Positions 12,853 to 23,328 are shown, counted from the stretch's first letter. The stretch: 64,000 bases of DNA from an uncultured Chloroflexia bacterium (GCA_963810095.1 CAWEMM010000011.1:224001-288000), one strand, 5' to 3'. Numbers and translations: made by a program. Notes: generated by a model not told the origin, from the letters alone.

Positions 12853-13633
12853 TCAGGCCTCGACCGCCGCGTCGTCCTCAGCCTCCACCTGCAGCGCCTC
12901 GAGTGCGGGCCCCACCGAGAGGATCAGCACCAGCGCCATCAGCACCGCCGAGCTCAGGCACCAGATACAAACCGCGTGGATGACGAACAGCTCGAGATAG
13001 GTGAGGTAGATCGTGAACAGCACGCCAAAAAGCGCCATGCCGAACATGAGCAGCGCCGCGATGCGGCTGTAGGCGCCGTTGCGGCGGGCCACGAACCAGG
13101 CAGCAATGATGCCGATATAACCCACCGCGCCCAGCAGGCCGACCGGCAGGACGCCGAAGAGCTTGGCGAACGGGCTCGACTGGACCGCGTTGCAGTCGCC
13201 CACGGGGCCACACACGGCTGCCACGTTGCGCGTCTCGACGTAGGTGAGATAGAAGGCGACGCCGAGGCCCAGGACCGACAGGATCGGGATGAGGATGCGC
13301 GAGCCGTCCGGCAAGGCCGGCAGATCACGCCCCAGGGTCGCAAAGACCGCGGCCACGATGGCGTAGAGCAGCGCCAGCACGAGCAGCGCCATGACCGCCC
13401 ACGCCAGGCCGAAGCCGGTGTTGACCGTCGCAGCCGCAGACTCGGTTGCGGGAGCGGCCGCCTGCGCAGCGAAGTTGCTGAGCCCCAGCGTCGCGGCCAC
13501 GGTGCCGGTGCAAGGGGTTGCCGGCGTGCACGCGCCGCCTTGAGACGCCGGTTCGGGCGTCTGCGCGAGCGCGGCGGGAACCGCTGAGCAGAACGACGAG
13601 AATCAGTGCGATCAAGAGGATTGAGCGATGCAT
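12853..13633 (-). CDS. vitamin K epoxide reductase (VKOR) family protein; frameshift near 13585
   Basis: CGPVGDCNAVQSS and CIWC redox motifs; the signal-peptide N-terminus (MHRSILLIALILVVLL) is in a different frame. Confidence 0.85.
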
Positions 13634-13709
13634 CTAGACGAAGTCTCCGTATCCTTGCTGTGGGGCGGCGGGTCTGTCGCCGGCGACCGGCTCGGGGATC
13701 CCTGCGCCG

Positions 13710-15152
13710 TCAGCCGTTCATCCGTTGCGCGCCCCGCCCCTGCCAAAGGGTGCTGCCCGCAACGATCGCGTACCCGGCGACATAAAGCGCCAGGAACGGG
13801 AGCGCGGCATATTGACCGCGCTGAATCGCGACCCCGGCAGTGACTACAGCATACACGAACAGGGCGATTTCGCCCAACACGGTCCAATCGGCGCCGAGGC
13901 GGTACGTGTTCGTGCTCCACTTCCCCCCGCGGCCCTCGAGCCGGAACTTCGGTGTGCGCTTGAACACGCCGCCCCAGGTGGTCAGCCCCTGCCACACGGC
14001 GCGGGTCGTGCTCCACGTCATCCCCGCGCCCACCGCCAGCAGCGCGGGCAGGTACAGGAAGCGCCGGCCCCAGTCGCGGTACAGGGCCGCTTGCGCAACC
14101 GCATACAGCAGCGGCGGGCCCACCGACGCAAAGACCAGGGCGATCAGGAACGCGGGCGTCGTCTCACGCAGCCACAAGATGGGCAGCAGGGTCAGGAGGA
14201 GCAGCACGATGAGCGGCTGGCTCAGGTAGCCGCTGACATGCACGAGCGCCATCAGCTTCTGGTGCCAGCGCAGGTCGCTGCGCAGGATGGGTGCGGCGAG
14301 CTTGCGCAGACACTGCACCGAGCCCTGGGCCCACCGCGCCTGCTGCCGCTTGAACGCTTCCATCTGGGCTGGCAGCTCGGCCGGCGCGTCCACGTCGGGC
14401 AGGTACAGCGTGCCCCAGCCCGCCAACTGGGCGCGGTAGCTGAGATCCATGTCCTCGGTCATGGTGTCCGCCTGCCAGCCGCCGGCATCCTCGATGCAAG
14501 CCCGGCGCCAGACCCCGCCCGAGCCGTTGAAGTTGATCAACAGGCCCGAGCGGCTGCGGGCGGTCTGTTCGACGACAAAATGCCCGTCGAGCGCCAGCGA
14601 CTGCGCGTGTGTCAGGTAGGAGTAGCCGTCGTTCAGGTGTGACCAGCGGGTCTGCACCATCCCGGCATCGGGCCGCGCGATCATGGCGGGCACGGTGCGC
14701 CGCAAGAAGTCGGGCTTCGGGCGAAAGTCGGCATCAAACACCGCCACGAACTCGCCCTCGACCTGCGCCAGCCCCCATGCCAACGCGCCCGCCTTGAACC
14801 CGCTGCGATCGGTGCGGTGCATGACCCGAACGTCGACACCCGCGGCTCGATGCAGCTCGGCGCACGCCTCCGCGATCGCCGTCGTGTCGTCGGTCGAGTC
14901 GTCCAGCACCTGGATGATGAGCCGGTCGCGCGGATAGTCGAGTGCGGCAGCCGCGTCGATAAGCCGCTCGACGACGTAACGCTCGTTATAGATGGGCAAT
15001 TGGACGACGACCGTGGGCCACTCACCCTCGGCCACCGAGGCCGCAGGGCTGGCCGCACGCCGGTGGCGGAAGTAAAGCAAGGTCAGCGCCAGGGCCTGGA
15101 ACCCGTAAAGGCTTAGCCACAGCGCCACGACCGTATAGAGTACGACGAGCAA
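13710..15152 (-). CDS. GT2 glycosyltransferase (cellulose synthase-like)
   Basis: QLPIYNE, LDDSTD, KAGAL, FDADF, TEDMD, QQARW; TTG start inferred after AAGGG. Confidence 0.92.
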   Translation of the reverse strand: MLVVLYTVVALWLSLYGFQALALTLLYFRHRRAASPAASVAEGEWPTVVVQLPIYNERYVVERLIDAAAALDYPRDRLIIQVLDDSTDDTTAIAEACAELHRAAGVDVRVMHRTDRSGFKAGALAWGLAQVEGEFVAVFDADFRPKPDFLRRTVPAMIARPDAGMVQTRWSHLNDGYSYLTHAQSLALDGHFVVEQTARSRSGLLINFNGSGGVWRRACIEDAGGWQADTMTEDMDLSYRAQLAGWGTLYLPDVDAPAELPAQMEAFKRQQARWAQGSVQCLRKLAAPILRSDLRWHQKLMALVHVSGYLSQPLIVLLLLTLLPILWLRETTPAFLIALVFASVGPPLLYAVAQAALYRDWGRRFLYLPALLAVGAGMTWSTTRAVWQGLTTWGGVFKRTPKFRLEGRGGKWSTNTYRLGADWTVLGEIALFVYAVVTAGVAIQRGQYAALPFLALYVAGYAIVAGSTLWQGRGAQRMNG

Positions 15153-15183
15153 TCGTTTATCCCTTCGAAGCCGGAAACAGGTC

Positions 15184-15230
15184 AAACAAAAGGCGACCGG
15201 CGCCAGTCAGTCGACCGACGCCGAGTCGCC
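15184..15230 (-). terminator. intrinsic terminator inside the 5' leader of the GT2 gene
   Basis: RNA GGCGAC-U-CGGCGUCGGUC-GACU-GACUGGCGCCG-GUCGCC followed by UUUUGUUU. Confidence 0.7.
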
Positions 15231-15251
15231 GTAGCATACTACTGACGCTCG

Positions 15252-15280
15252 ATTATACGTGTTTGTGCCGTGCCCGCCAA
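15252..15280 (-). promoter_or_regulatory. sigma70-type promoter upstream of the GT2 leader
   Basis: TTGGCG-17 nt-TATAAT on the minus strand. Confidence 0.65.
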
Positions 15281-15315
15281 AAATAGCACGCTCAGGTCGA
15301 TCTGCGTCCTTGTCT

Positions 15316-15414
15316 GAAGTGGGACACTGATGCAACTGAATGCGCTGATCTGCTCTCCCCTTTGGGCCAAGATCGTGCTAATCAGTCCGATCCGTTCGAT
15401 CAGTGTCCCGTTTC
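15316..15414. repeat. REP-like family A copy
   Basis: GGGACACTGATGCAACTGAATGCGCTGAT...ATCAGTCCGATCCGTTCGATCAGTGTCCC, close to 481-580. Confidence 0.85.
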
Positions 15415-15447
15415 ATCCCGCGTTGCCCAGCAGCGCGAGGTGCGGGT

Positions 15448-16566
15448 CTATTCCAGGATCACTGTCTTCAGCGCGGCCAGCAGCGTCAGCACATTCTCGG
15501 GCCGGGCCGAGTAGCCCATCAGCCCCATGCGCCAGCACGTGCCCTTGAACACCCCCAGGCCGCCCGCGATCTCGATGTTGAACTCGGTCAGCAGGTGCTT
15601 GCGCACTGCCATCTCGTCGACGCCTGCCGGTGCACGGACGGTCGTCAGGCTGGCCAGCCGGAACTCGGGCGCGACCAGCATGCTCATGCCCATCTCTTCG
15701 AGCCCTTCGTACAGGGTGGAGGCGCACGCGGTGTGCCGCGCAAACCGGGCCGCCAGCCCTTCCTCCCGCACGATCCGGAGCGCCTCGCGCATCGCAAATA
15801 TCATGTTGGCCGGGCCGGTGTGATGGTACACCCGCTCGGGCCCCCAGTACTTCCGCAGCAGGGTCAGGTCGAGATACCAGCTTTGCACCTTGCTCTTCCG
15901 CTGAGCCAGCGCCTCTTCCGCGCGCGGCCCGATCGTGATCGGCGCCAGCCCGGGAGGAGCGCTCAGGCACTTCTGCGAGCCCGTGTAGCAAATGTCGATC
16001 CCGATCTCGTCGACGGGCACCGACACGCCGCCCAGCGACGCCACCGTGTCGACCAGGAGCAGCGCACCGTGCCGGTGCACGATCTCCGCGATTTCGTGCA
16101 GCGGTTGTGCGACGCCGGTGGACGTTTCGCCATGGACGATGGCGACGAGCTTGGCCGGCCGTTCGCTCAGGGCCTGCTCCACCTGGGCCGGCGTGATGGC
16201 TTGGCCCCACGCTGCGTCGACCCGGCGCAGGTCTGCCCGGGCGCGCGTCGCCATCTCTGCGATCCGCTCGCCGAAGAACCCGGCGACGCAGACCAATACG
16301 GGGTCGCCTTCCTCGATGAAGTTGTAGAGCGCAGCTTCCATGCCCGCGCTGCCGGTGCCGGGGAGAATCAGTGTGAAGGGGTTCCGGGTCTGGAAGACGT
16401 AACGGGCGAGATCGGCCGTCTCGTCCATCACGGCGAGATACGCGGGATCCAGGTAGCCGATGGTGGGAGTTGCCATCGCGCGCAGCACCCGCGGCGGCAC
16501 AAGGCTTGGGCCGGGCCCCATCAACAGCCGGGCGGGGGTGTTCAGGTCGGTGAACTGGGAATCCAT
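15448..16566 (-). CDS. alanine-glyoxylate/serine-pyruvate aminotransferase (class V PLP)
   Basis: LLMGPGPS, HGETSTG, DTVAS, GSQKCL (PLP Lys), YHHT; ATG 16566 after AAGGAG. Confidence 0.92.
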   Translation of the reverse strand: MDSQFTDLNTPARLLMGPGPSLVPPRVLRAMATPTIGYLDPAYLAVMDETADLARYVFQTRNPFTLILPGTGSAGMEAALYNFIEEGDPVLVCVAGFFGERIAEMATRARADLRRVDAAWGQAITPAQVEQALSERPAKLVAIVHGETSTGVAQPLHEIAEIVHRHGALLLVDTVASLGGVSVPVDEIGIDICYTGSQKCLSAPPGLAPITIGPRAEEALAQRKSKVQSWYLDLTLLRKYWGPERVYHHTGPANMIFAMREALRIVREEGLAARFARHTACASTLYEGLEEMGMSMLVAPEFRLASLTTVRAPAGVDEMAVRKHLLTEFNIEIAGGLGVFKGTCWRMGLMGYSARPENVLTLLAALKTVILE

Positions 16567-16596
16567 GCGGTGCTCCTTAGTCAGAAACCAGGCGCA

Positions 16597-16629
16597 GACC
16601 TTCGAGGTCTGCGAGACCTCGAAGGTCTC
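16597..16629. repeat. palindromic repeat AGACCTTCGAGGTCT..AGACCTCGAAGGTCT
   Basis: Self-complementary unit; a related GACCTTCG...CGAAGGTC hairpin lies at about 5241-5269. Confidence 0.6.
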
Positions 16630-16780
16630 GGATGTTGCGTGAAAATAGTGTAGTGACTTGTAGCTGTTTTCGCAAGACCGGGCGGTGTCGCCGGCTTGCA
16701 CGAACACGATAACCCGCATACACTTTCGCTGCCGCTCCGGCTACACGGCGTCACCCGATCCTCTCGGCCTGAGTTCGACC

Positions 16781-19381
16781 ATGCTCAATCGAACACGTTT
16801 GCTCGGCGGTTTGTTCGTCCTGCTGCTGGTCCTTGGCATCACTTGCCGGCCGGCCGCGGCCGCGCCGCTCGAACCGTCGCCTGGCGCGCTTCGGATCTAT
16901 GTCGAGGACCCGACTGCGTCCCTGACTCCCGTCCTGGACCTGGCAGGCTTCGAGCGCATTGCGGACCCGGCGGATGCCGAGGTGATCGTCCTCAACGGCG
17001 CCGTCACCGATGCGGGCCGGCTGGCCGCGCTTGTTCGCGAAGGGCGCGGCCTCGTACTTGTCCCTGGCCCCGGCTTGAGCGCGGAGAGCGTCTCGGCCTT
17101 ACTCGGGCGGCCCATCACGCTCGCCCGCCAAACGGATCCGATTAGCCTGCAGAGCACCGCGGCGCCCGTCGGCAACGACCAGCGGGCCTGGCTCGACGCA
17201 GGCACGGTGGGCGATGTCCAGTGGAACAGCGCGCCCCAAGTGCGCGAACGGACGCGGGTCGAAGCCGCGTCCTTGACCCCGTTCGTCACCGCATTCGAGT
17301 CGGGCGAGACGGTGTTGGGGGGCGCGGCAATCGGGCAAGGCCGCGCCCTTGTCTTCACGCCGGCGCTCCAGCCCGGGCTCAACCAGCAGTTGCGCGACTG
17401 GGCCTACTTCAATTACCTGGTCTATGCACTGGTCGAGCAGGCGGGCGGACAACTCCCGCTCTCCTTCGCCGACTACAGCGGCTCACCCACGCCCCACGCG
17501 GCCGAGCGCGCCGTCATTGTCGGGCTCCTGCTCGCCATCATGGCGACGGCCTTCGTGGCCTTCCTCTTCGTCCGCCGCTACAGCCTGCGCCACCCCGAAG
17601 CGCTCGACTCGCTCATTGCCGATCCAACCCGATATCAGCAGCGCCAGGAGGGCACCGCCTGGGAAGACATCGGTTTTCACCGGCCCCTGGGCGGCTTCCT
17701 GCTCGCGGTGATGATCGGGTTGGTGCTCTTTGTCCCGCTGATCATCTACCAGAACCTGATCCTGCCCACCTACATCCTGCCCTCGGCCCAGGCGCTGGGC
17801 ATCTGGGGCCGCGTCACCCAGTTCTTCAATGTCGCCTGGCTCTTCTTCGACATGGGCACGAGTGCGGCCTTCGTGAAGTACCTGGCGGAGTACCGCGTCG
17901 ACGACCCCCGGCGCGGCATCATGTACGGTCAGCTGTTCGTCTGGTGGCAGGCACTGTCTGGCGCAGTGCAGGTCAGCCTCATCGTTCTCGCTGCCAGCAC
18001 CTTCGTGCCTCGGTCGGCGTATGCGATCTACTCCTGGAGTATCATCCTCCACGCATTCATCCAAATCCCCGGCTTTTACCTCGTCTTCCGTCACGCCCTG
18101 ACCGGGCTTCAGCGCTTTGACTATGCGCAATTGATCGACATGGCGCAGCAGACCCTGCTGCCTTCGCTCACCCAGGTGCCGCTGGTCATCCTCATGGTGC
18201 GCTGGGGCCAGGGCCAGCCGGTCTTCGGGTCGGCGATGGGCGGGTTGCTCGGCTTGGGCATGGCTGCCTACGTCACCGAGTTGCTTTGCTTCATCTTTGG
18301 GTGGCTGCTCTACCGCCGCGTCGGGCTCAGAAGCCGCATCCTGTTCATGGCGCATTTCGATTGGCAGGTGGTGCGTACGGGCTTCCGCTTCGGCGGCTTC
18401 GAAATGCTGGGCTCGCTGGCATGGGCTGCTGGCCAGGCAGCCGAGGTCGCCGTCACCCAGCACAGGCTGATCAATTACGCGGAGACATGGGGCAACTGGG
18501 TCGTCGCACAGAACTTCGTCTTTGCGTTCAACGTGATCAACATCTTATTTTACAACCTCATCGCGTCGATTTCGGAGGCCATTTCGCACGGCCGGCGTGT
18601 GCTCAGCGAGTATTACGCCGCGCAGGCCTACCGCTACGGCGGCTTCTTCAGCGCGTTCATCGCGGCAGTGCTCCTGGCCGTAGCCGACCGCTTCATCCTC
18701 GGGGCAACCGGGCCAGAGTTTGCGCGGGCGGCGGTGTTGGCCGGGCCACTCATCCTCTGGGGCGCCATTCAATACCCTTCGTGGGTGGGCGACGCCGTGC
18801 AGTTGGGGTCGAACAAGCCCTGGCTCAAGGCGCTGCTGGTGGCAGGCGAGCAAATCATCCGGGTCACCCTCCTGGCGGTCTTCCTCGCCCGCTTCCAGAT
18901 CTGGGCGATGATCGGCGCCTATTTTATCGGGCTGTTGACCAAAGACATCGTCAGCTTCTTTGTCAGCGACCGGTTCTGCTTCAAGCAGCGGCTGTATGCG
19001 TGGCCCGCCCTCGCCGCGCCGCTGCTGGCCGGCGCGACGCACTATGCCGTGCTCAGGTGGGTCACCGGGCTCATCTGGCAGGGCGACCAGGTGACGAGCG
19101 TCGTGATCATGTTCGTGGGCATCCTGTTAAGCTTCCCGCTGTTTGCGTTCTTTTACGGGCTGTACGGTGGCTGGAACGATGCAGCGCTGGGCGAACTGCA
19201 CAAGGGCAGCGAGTTGGCGGGGTTCATGCGCCCGTTGGCGCTGCTGTTCTGGCGGGCATCGCGCCTTGGTGCGCGCGTCAGCCCGCTGCACGGCCGCGGC
19301 GGCGTATCCATCCAGCCCGCGGCTGAAGCCGATGCGGCCGGGCTGATGGCCGAGCGGGTGGACCTGGCGACCGAGGCGTGA
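16781..19381 (+). CDS. large membrane protein: signal peptide, extracytoplasmic domain and polysaccharide flippase-like (MOP) C-terminal part
   Basis: Signal peptide, ~240 aa soluble domain, then ~14 TM segments with FDMGTSAAFVKY (Wzx-like). Confidence 0.7.
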   Translation: MLNRTRLLGGLFVLLLVLGITCRPAAAAPLEPSPGALRIYVEDPTASLTPVLDLAGFERIADPADAEVIVLNGAVTDAGRLAALVREGRGLVLVPGPGLSAESVSALLGRPITLARQTDPISLQSTAAPVGNDQRAWLDAGTVGDVQWNSAPQVRERTRVEAASLTPFVTAFESGETVLGGAAIGQGRALVFTPALQPGLNQQLRDWAYFNYLVYALVEQAGGQLPLSFADYSGSPTPHAAERAVIVGLLLAIMATAFVAFLFVRRYSLRHPEALDSLIADPTRYQQRQEGTAWEDIGFHRPLGGFLLAVMIGLVLFVPLIIYQNLILPTYILPSAQALGIWGRVTQFFNVAWLFFDMGTSAAFVKYLAEYRVDDPRRGIMYGQLFVWWQALSGAVQVSLIVLAASTFVPRSAYAIYSWSIILHAFIQIPGFYLVFRHALTGLQRFDYAQLIDMAQQTLLPSLTQVPLVILMVRWGQGQPVFGSAMGGLLGLGMAAYVTELLCFIFGWLLYRRVGLRSRILFMAHFDWQVVRTGFRFGGFEMLGSLAWAAGQAAEVAVTQHRLINYAETWGNWVVAQNFVFAFNVINILFYNLIASISEAISHGRRVLSEYYAAQAYRYGGFFSAFIAAVLLAVADRFILGATGPEFARAAVLAGPLILWGAIQYPSWVGDAVQLGSNKPWLKALLVAGEQIIRVTLLAVFLARFQIWAMIGAYFIGLLTKDIVSFFVSDRFCFKQRLYAWPALAAPLLAGATHYAVLRWVTGLIWQGDQVTSVVIMFVGILLSFPLFAFFYGLYGGWNDAALGELHKGSELAGFMRPLALLFWRASRLGARVSPLHGRGGVSIQPAAEADAAGLMAERVDLATEA

Positions 19382-19435
19382 GGGGCCTATCACGGGAAGT
19401 AACGATAAGCGTCTCTGCGTTTGCTCTCAGTCTCC

Positions 19436-19478
19436 CCGAGAACTAGCTGGGGCCGGTCTCTGACCGTGCCCCGTCTGG
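19436..19478. repeat. 43-bp dispersed repeat, copy 1
   Basis: CCGAGAACTAGCTGGGGCCGGTCTCTGACCGTGCCCCGTCTGG; 42/43 identical to 41968-42010. Confidence 0.9.
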
Positions 19479-19671
19479 CCCAGCGCCTGCATTTTCGGAT
19501 ACTTCTGGGCCCACGCGTCGTCTGTCGCACGAAGCCCGTAATTTTCCCTCTTGTGTCGTTCACTACAATTGACTGCGTAATCCGGCCGGTGTTGCTGTAC
19601 GCCGGCGGCAAGTGGCGATTTCGTTCGAAATCGCCTTCATTGTCCCTCTTTCTATTGGTAAAGGAGCCAAC

Positions 19672-22600
19672 ATGAAAGCCCATCCACTACTCCTCCTGTC
19701 CCTTGTCGTGCTGATCGCATTCTCCCTCGCCGGGCCCGCTGCAGCTCAAGGCCCTGTGCTCGACCCCGCACGGTCGCCCTCCCCGCCCGTGTCGCGAGGC
19801 TTGGGGCCCCAGCAGGACCGCGACGGCCTGTGGTTCATGCCCGTCTCCCACGTGTGGCCGGCTGCCCAAGCCGCGGCGCCGGCCAACAGCGGTGGCCCCG
19901 ACGATTTCGGCTACACCTGGACGGACATTGCGCCGAACTGGATCGACGCCGGCGGCGGAACGGACACAGGTATCACGATGAGCACCAGCGGAGCCGGTCC
20001 GCTGGACATCGGCTTCCCCTTCAAGTTCTATGAGACCACCCGCACGCAGCTCTGGGTGTCCCGCTACGGCTACCTCGCCGTCAGCGACTCGACCTGGCGC
20101 TCGCAGTCACAAATCCCCAGCGCTTCGGCGCCGAACGACGTGATTGCCCCGCATTGGGCGCCCAATTACGGCAGCATGAACTATGTGCGTTACCTTCGCG
20201 GCGGTTCAGCACCCAACCGGTGGTTCGCAGTGGAATGGAACAACATGCGATCGGACTGCTGCAGCGACGGCCAGGAGGAATATACCTTCGAGGTCATCTT
20301 GCGGGAGAACGGCGACATCGTTTTCCAGTACGGCAACATGCTCACGGTCGGCAACTACTCCTGCCAGGTGTCGGGCATCGAGGACTCGACGGGGCTGGAT
20401 GGCCTCAGGGTCACCCCATTCTGCCAGCCGGTGCAGCCCAATCACGCCGTCAAGATCGCCCGGCCGCCCGCGAGCGTGTGGGTCACCCTCTTTCCTCGGG
20501 CGCAGGGGCAGTTCGGCACGCCCGGCGGCACGGTGACCTTCGCCCAGACCGTGCGGAACACGGGTGAGCTCGGCGTCGATACGTACGACCTGTGGCTCGA
20601 AGCGGACGGCCAGTGGCCTACCTCGCTCTACTGGGCCGACGGCGTCACGCCCCTAACCGACACCGACGGCGACGGCCAGCCGGATACCGGCCCCATTAAC
20701 CAGGGCAGTTCGACAGACATCGTCGTCAAGGTCGCTCTACCCGCCGGTGCGACGGTGGGGGACCGCAGCAGTCCGGGCGTCACTGCGATTTCGTCGCGGA
20801 ATCCGACGAAGCTCAAAACTGCACGCTACCAGGTCGGCGTGCCCGCGTCGTTTGCCAGCAGTTACGCGCAGTCTGGCAAGCCCACCCTCGGGTACCATCG
20901 CCCGGGTGGTCAGCAGACGCGTCAGACGGCGGACGGCAGCGCATCCGGATATGACGCGGCTGCAGCCACGCTCCCCGACGGGCGGATCGTCCAGGTCTGG
21001 AGCCAGGGCCGCGACCTCGGCAGCAGCCGCTGGGTGAACGAGTTGTACTACGCGCTGACCGACAACAAGGGCCAGGTGTTGAGGCCGGCGGCGCGTCTCA
21101 CAGACCTCAGCAGTGCGACCGGCAATGCCTATGATTCATCGCCATCGGTCGCCGTCTCACCCGACGGTCACATCGGCGTCGCCTGGTATCGGGAGCTCTC
21201 TCGTAACGGCTACAACGAGTACAACTATAACATCTACCATCTTGTTCTCGATTCGAACGGCAACATGGCCGTACAGCCCAGAAACCTGACCAACAACCAG
21301 GTCTGGTTCTCGTGGAGCGGCAACACCCGTTTCGAGGTGTACGATGCCGTGATTGCGTCCACGGGAAGCAACCGTTTCGGCGTCGCCTGGACGCGCTATA
21401 CGGCTAACGGCTCCCAGTCAGCAGACACGACCTGGTACACGGTGCGCGGAGCAGATGGGAGCGAGGTGCGGGCACCGGGGCAGGTCTCGGCCGGCACGCA
21501 GAGCTGGTATCCGAACCTGACAAGCCTGGCCGACGGAACGATCTTCCTCGTGCAGATGAGCGCCGGCGAGCTGTCATTTGCACGCATCGACGGCGCGGGT
21601 AACCAGGTCACTCCCCTAACGCCAACGGGCGTGAAGAACATCTCGGCGCCCGACGCGGTCCAGCTGCAGAACGGGAATATCGTTATCACCTGGACCACCG
21701 GCTACGTGGGCTACCTGGTGCTGAACTCGTCGCTTCAGGTTGTGCGCGGCGCCAGCTCGCTGCCTAAAATCTCGCCCACATACGATTACTATGTGAGCGT
21801 GACGCGGAGCGGCGATCGGGCAGTGCTCACGTGGGGCGACGACTGTTGCGACTTCCAGCCCAATCTATACTACGCCCTGCTCGACGGGTCCGGCTCGGTG
21901 ATCACCGAGCCCATGATCTTCTTCAGTGACTACGCGAACTACGATGTCAACCTGCCGAGCAACGGCCAGGGCAACACGCCTCTCATCGGAGACACCACCC
22001 CGCCGGCAAACCCCACGGCCCTGGCCAGCCCCAGCCACGAAGTCAACGTGTGGTCCAGGGACACCACGGTCGACCTCACTTGGAACGCGGCCGTGGACGA
22101 CGACACCGGGGTAGCCGGCTATTCGGTCCTGTGGGACCACTCGGCCAACTCGACGCCGGATGCGGTCACGGATATTGGAGCGGTGACGGCGGCGACCGGC
22201 CCGGCGCTGGGGGATGGCGGGTGGTACGTCCACGTGCGGGCGGTGGATGGCGCCGGCAACTGGGCCAGCGGCGCCGCACACGCGGGTCCGTTCAAGATCG
22301 ACACGACCGCGCCCAAGTGCGACGCGTATTCCCCTGCATACTCGGTTGGGCCCATCCCCGTGACATGGGGGGGCGCCGATGCGGGCTCTGGGATTGCGAC
22401 TTACGACATCTGGGCAGCCTCCGAGATGAATGGCGGCCCCTGGTCCAAGTGGCTTGCTGACACGACGAGCACAAGCGCAGCGTACTCCGCGCCGGTCGGC
22501 GACGTCGTGCACTTCCAGTGCGCGGCGACTGACGCCGTCGGCAACGTGGAGGTAGAGGGCTTCAACGTCGAATGGAGCCAGACGCGCGTGGCTGCCCGGG

Positions 22601-23328
22601 CAGCCAGCGGACGCGTCACGAATATACGGGGCGAAGGGGTCTTCAACGCCGGGATTTGGCCGCATGCGGGCTTCGGGGTGCTTGGCGGCGGTCGGTCCGA
22701 TCTGCGGGGCCAGTACACACTGTTCTTCGGCGCCGAATCAGAGCGCTTCATAACCCTCAGCGCCGACCGCGCCGGATTCGGCGCCCTGGCACCCCGTGCG
22801 GGCGTCGACACGGAAGCGACGCCGTCCGACATGGATTTCGTGCTGCCGCCTTCGCTCGACCTGGTCACGAACGGGCAGTTCGAAGCCGGCGACCTTTCGG
22901 CATGGCAGGCCTGGATGCCGAGCGATGAATACACGGCGACCGCAACTTCCACTGCAGCCCACAGCGGTTCCTATGGTCTGCACATCGTCACGTCGGCGCC
23001 GGGAGGCATTCTCCCGATCGCAATCCTCGAGCAATCCGTGCAGATCCCTGCTGATATGCGGGCGCCGACGCTGTCGTTCTGGTACAAGTCAGCGGGGCCA
23101 GCCGAGGGCTCGGTCAGCTTCTCGGGATACTCGGGACCGTGGCTTACCTTGCCCACGGAGGGATGGAAACACGGATGGCTTGACTTGAGCGAGTACAAGG
23201 GCAAGACGTTCAACCTTTTCATCCTCCTCAGCAACCGGACCAAGCTCGACGTGTCCATCGACGAGATCAGCGTGGGCGACGCGGCCCCCGGCAGCTACCC
23301 GATCTTCCTGCCGCGGCTGCAGCGGTAA
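19672..23328 (+). CDS. large secreted multidomain protein (Ig/FN3-like and carbohydrate-binding-like domains) with C-terminal FLPxxxR tail
   Basis: AAAGGAG RBS, signal peptide, GGPDDFGYTW, DTDGDG Ca-type loop, DTTPP..RAVDGAGN Ig-like repeats, NGQFEAG CBM-like start, ends YPIFLPRLQR. Confidence 0.8.
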   Translation: MKAHPLLLLSLVVLIAFSLAGPAAAQGPVLDPARSPSPPVSRGLGPQQDRDGLWFMPVSHVWPAAQAAAPANSGGPDDFGYTWTDIAPNWIDAGGGTDTGITMSTSGAGPLDIGFPFKFYETTRTQLWVSRYGYLAVSDSTWRSQSQIPSASAPNDVIAPHWAPNYGSMNYVRYLRGGSAPNRWFAVEWNNMRSDCCSDGQEEYTFEVILRENGDIVFQYGNMLTVGNYSCQVSGIEDSTGLDGLRVTPFCQPVQPNHAVKIARPPASVWVTLFPRAQGQFGTPGGTVTFAQTVRNTGELGVDTYDLWLEADGQWPTSLYWADGVTPLTDTDGDGQPDTGPINQGSSTDIVVKVALPAGATVGDRSSPGVTAISSRNPTKLKTARYQVGVPASFASSYAQSGKPTLGYHRPGGQQTRQTADGSASGYDAAAATLPDGRIVQVWSQGRDLGSSRWVNELYYALTDNKGQVLRPAARLTDLSSATGNAYDSSPSVAVSPDGHIGVAWYRELSRNGYNEYNYNIYHLVLDSNGNMAVQPRNLTNNQVWFSWSGNTRFEVYDAVIASTGSNRFGVAWTRYTANGSQSADTTWYTVRGADGSEVRAPGQVSAGTQSWYPNLTSLADGTIFLVQMSAGELSFARIDGAGNQVTPLTPTGVKNISAPDAVQLQNGNIVITWTTGYVGYLVLNSSLQVVRGASSLPKISPTYDYYVSVTRSGDRAVLTWGDDCCDFQPNLYYALLDGSGSVITEPMIFFSDYANYDVNLPSNGQGNTPLIGDTTPPANPTALASPSHEVNVWSRDTTVDLTWNAAVDDDTGVAGYSVLWDHSANSTPDAVTDIGAVTAATGPALGDGGWYVHVRAVDGAGNWASGAAHAGPFKIDTTAPKCDAYSPAYSVGPIPVTWGGADAGSGIATYDIWAASEMNGGPWSKWLADTTSTSAAYSAPVGDVVHFQCAATDAVGNVEVEGFNVEWSQTRVAARAASGRVTNIRGEGVFNAGIWPHAGFGVLGGGRSDLRGQYTLFFGAESERFITLSADRAGFGALAPRAGVDTEATPSDMDFVLPPSLDLVTNGQFEAGDLSAWQAWMPSDEYTATATSTAAHSGSYGLHIVTSAPGGILPIAILEQSVQIPADMRAPTLSFWYKSAGPAEGSVSFSGYSGPWLTLPTEGWKHGWLDLSEYKGKTFNLFILLSNRTKLDVSIDEISVGDAAPGSYPIFLPRLQR

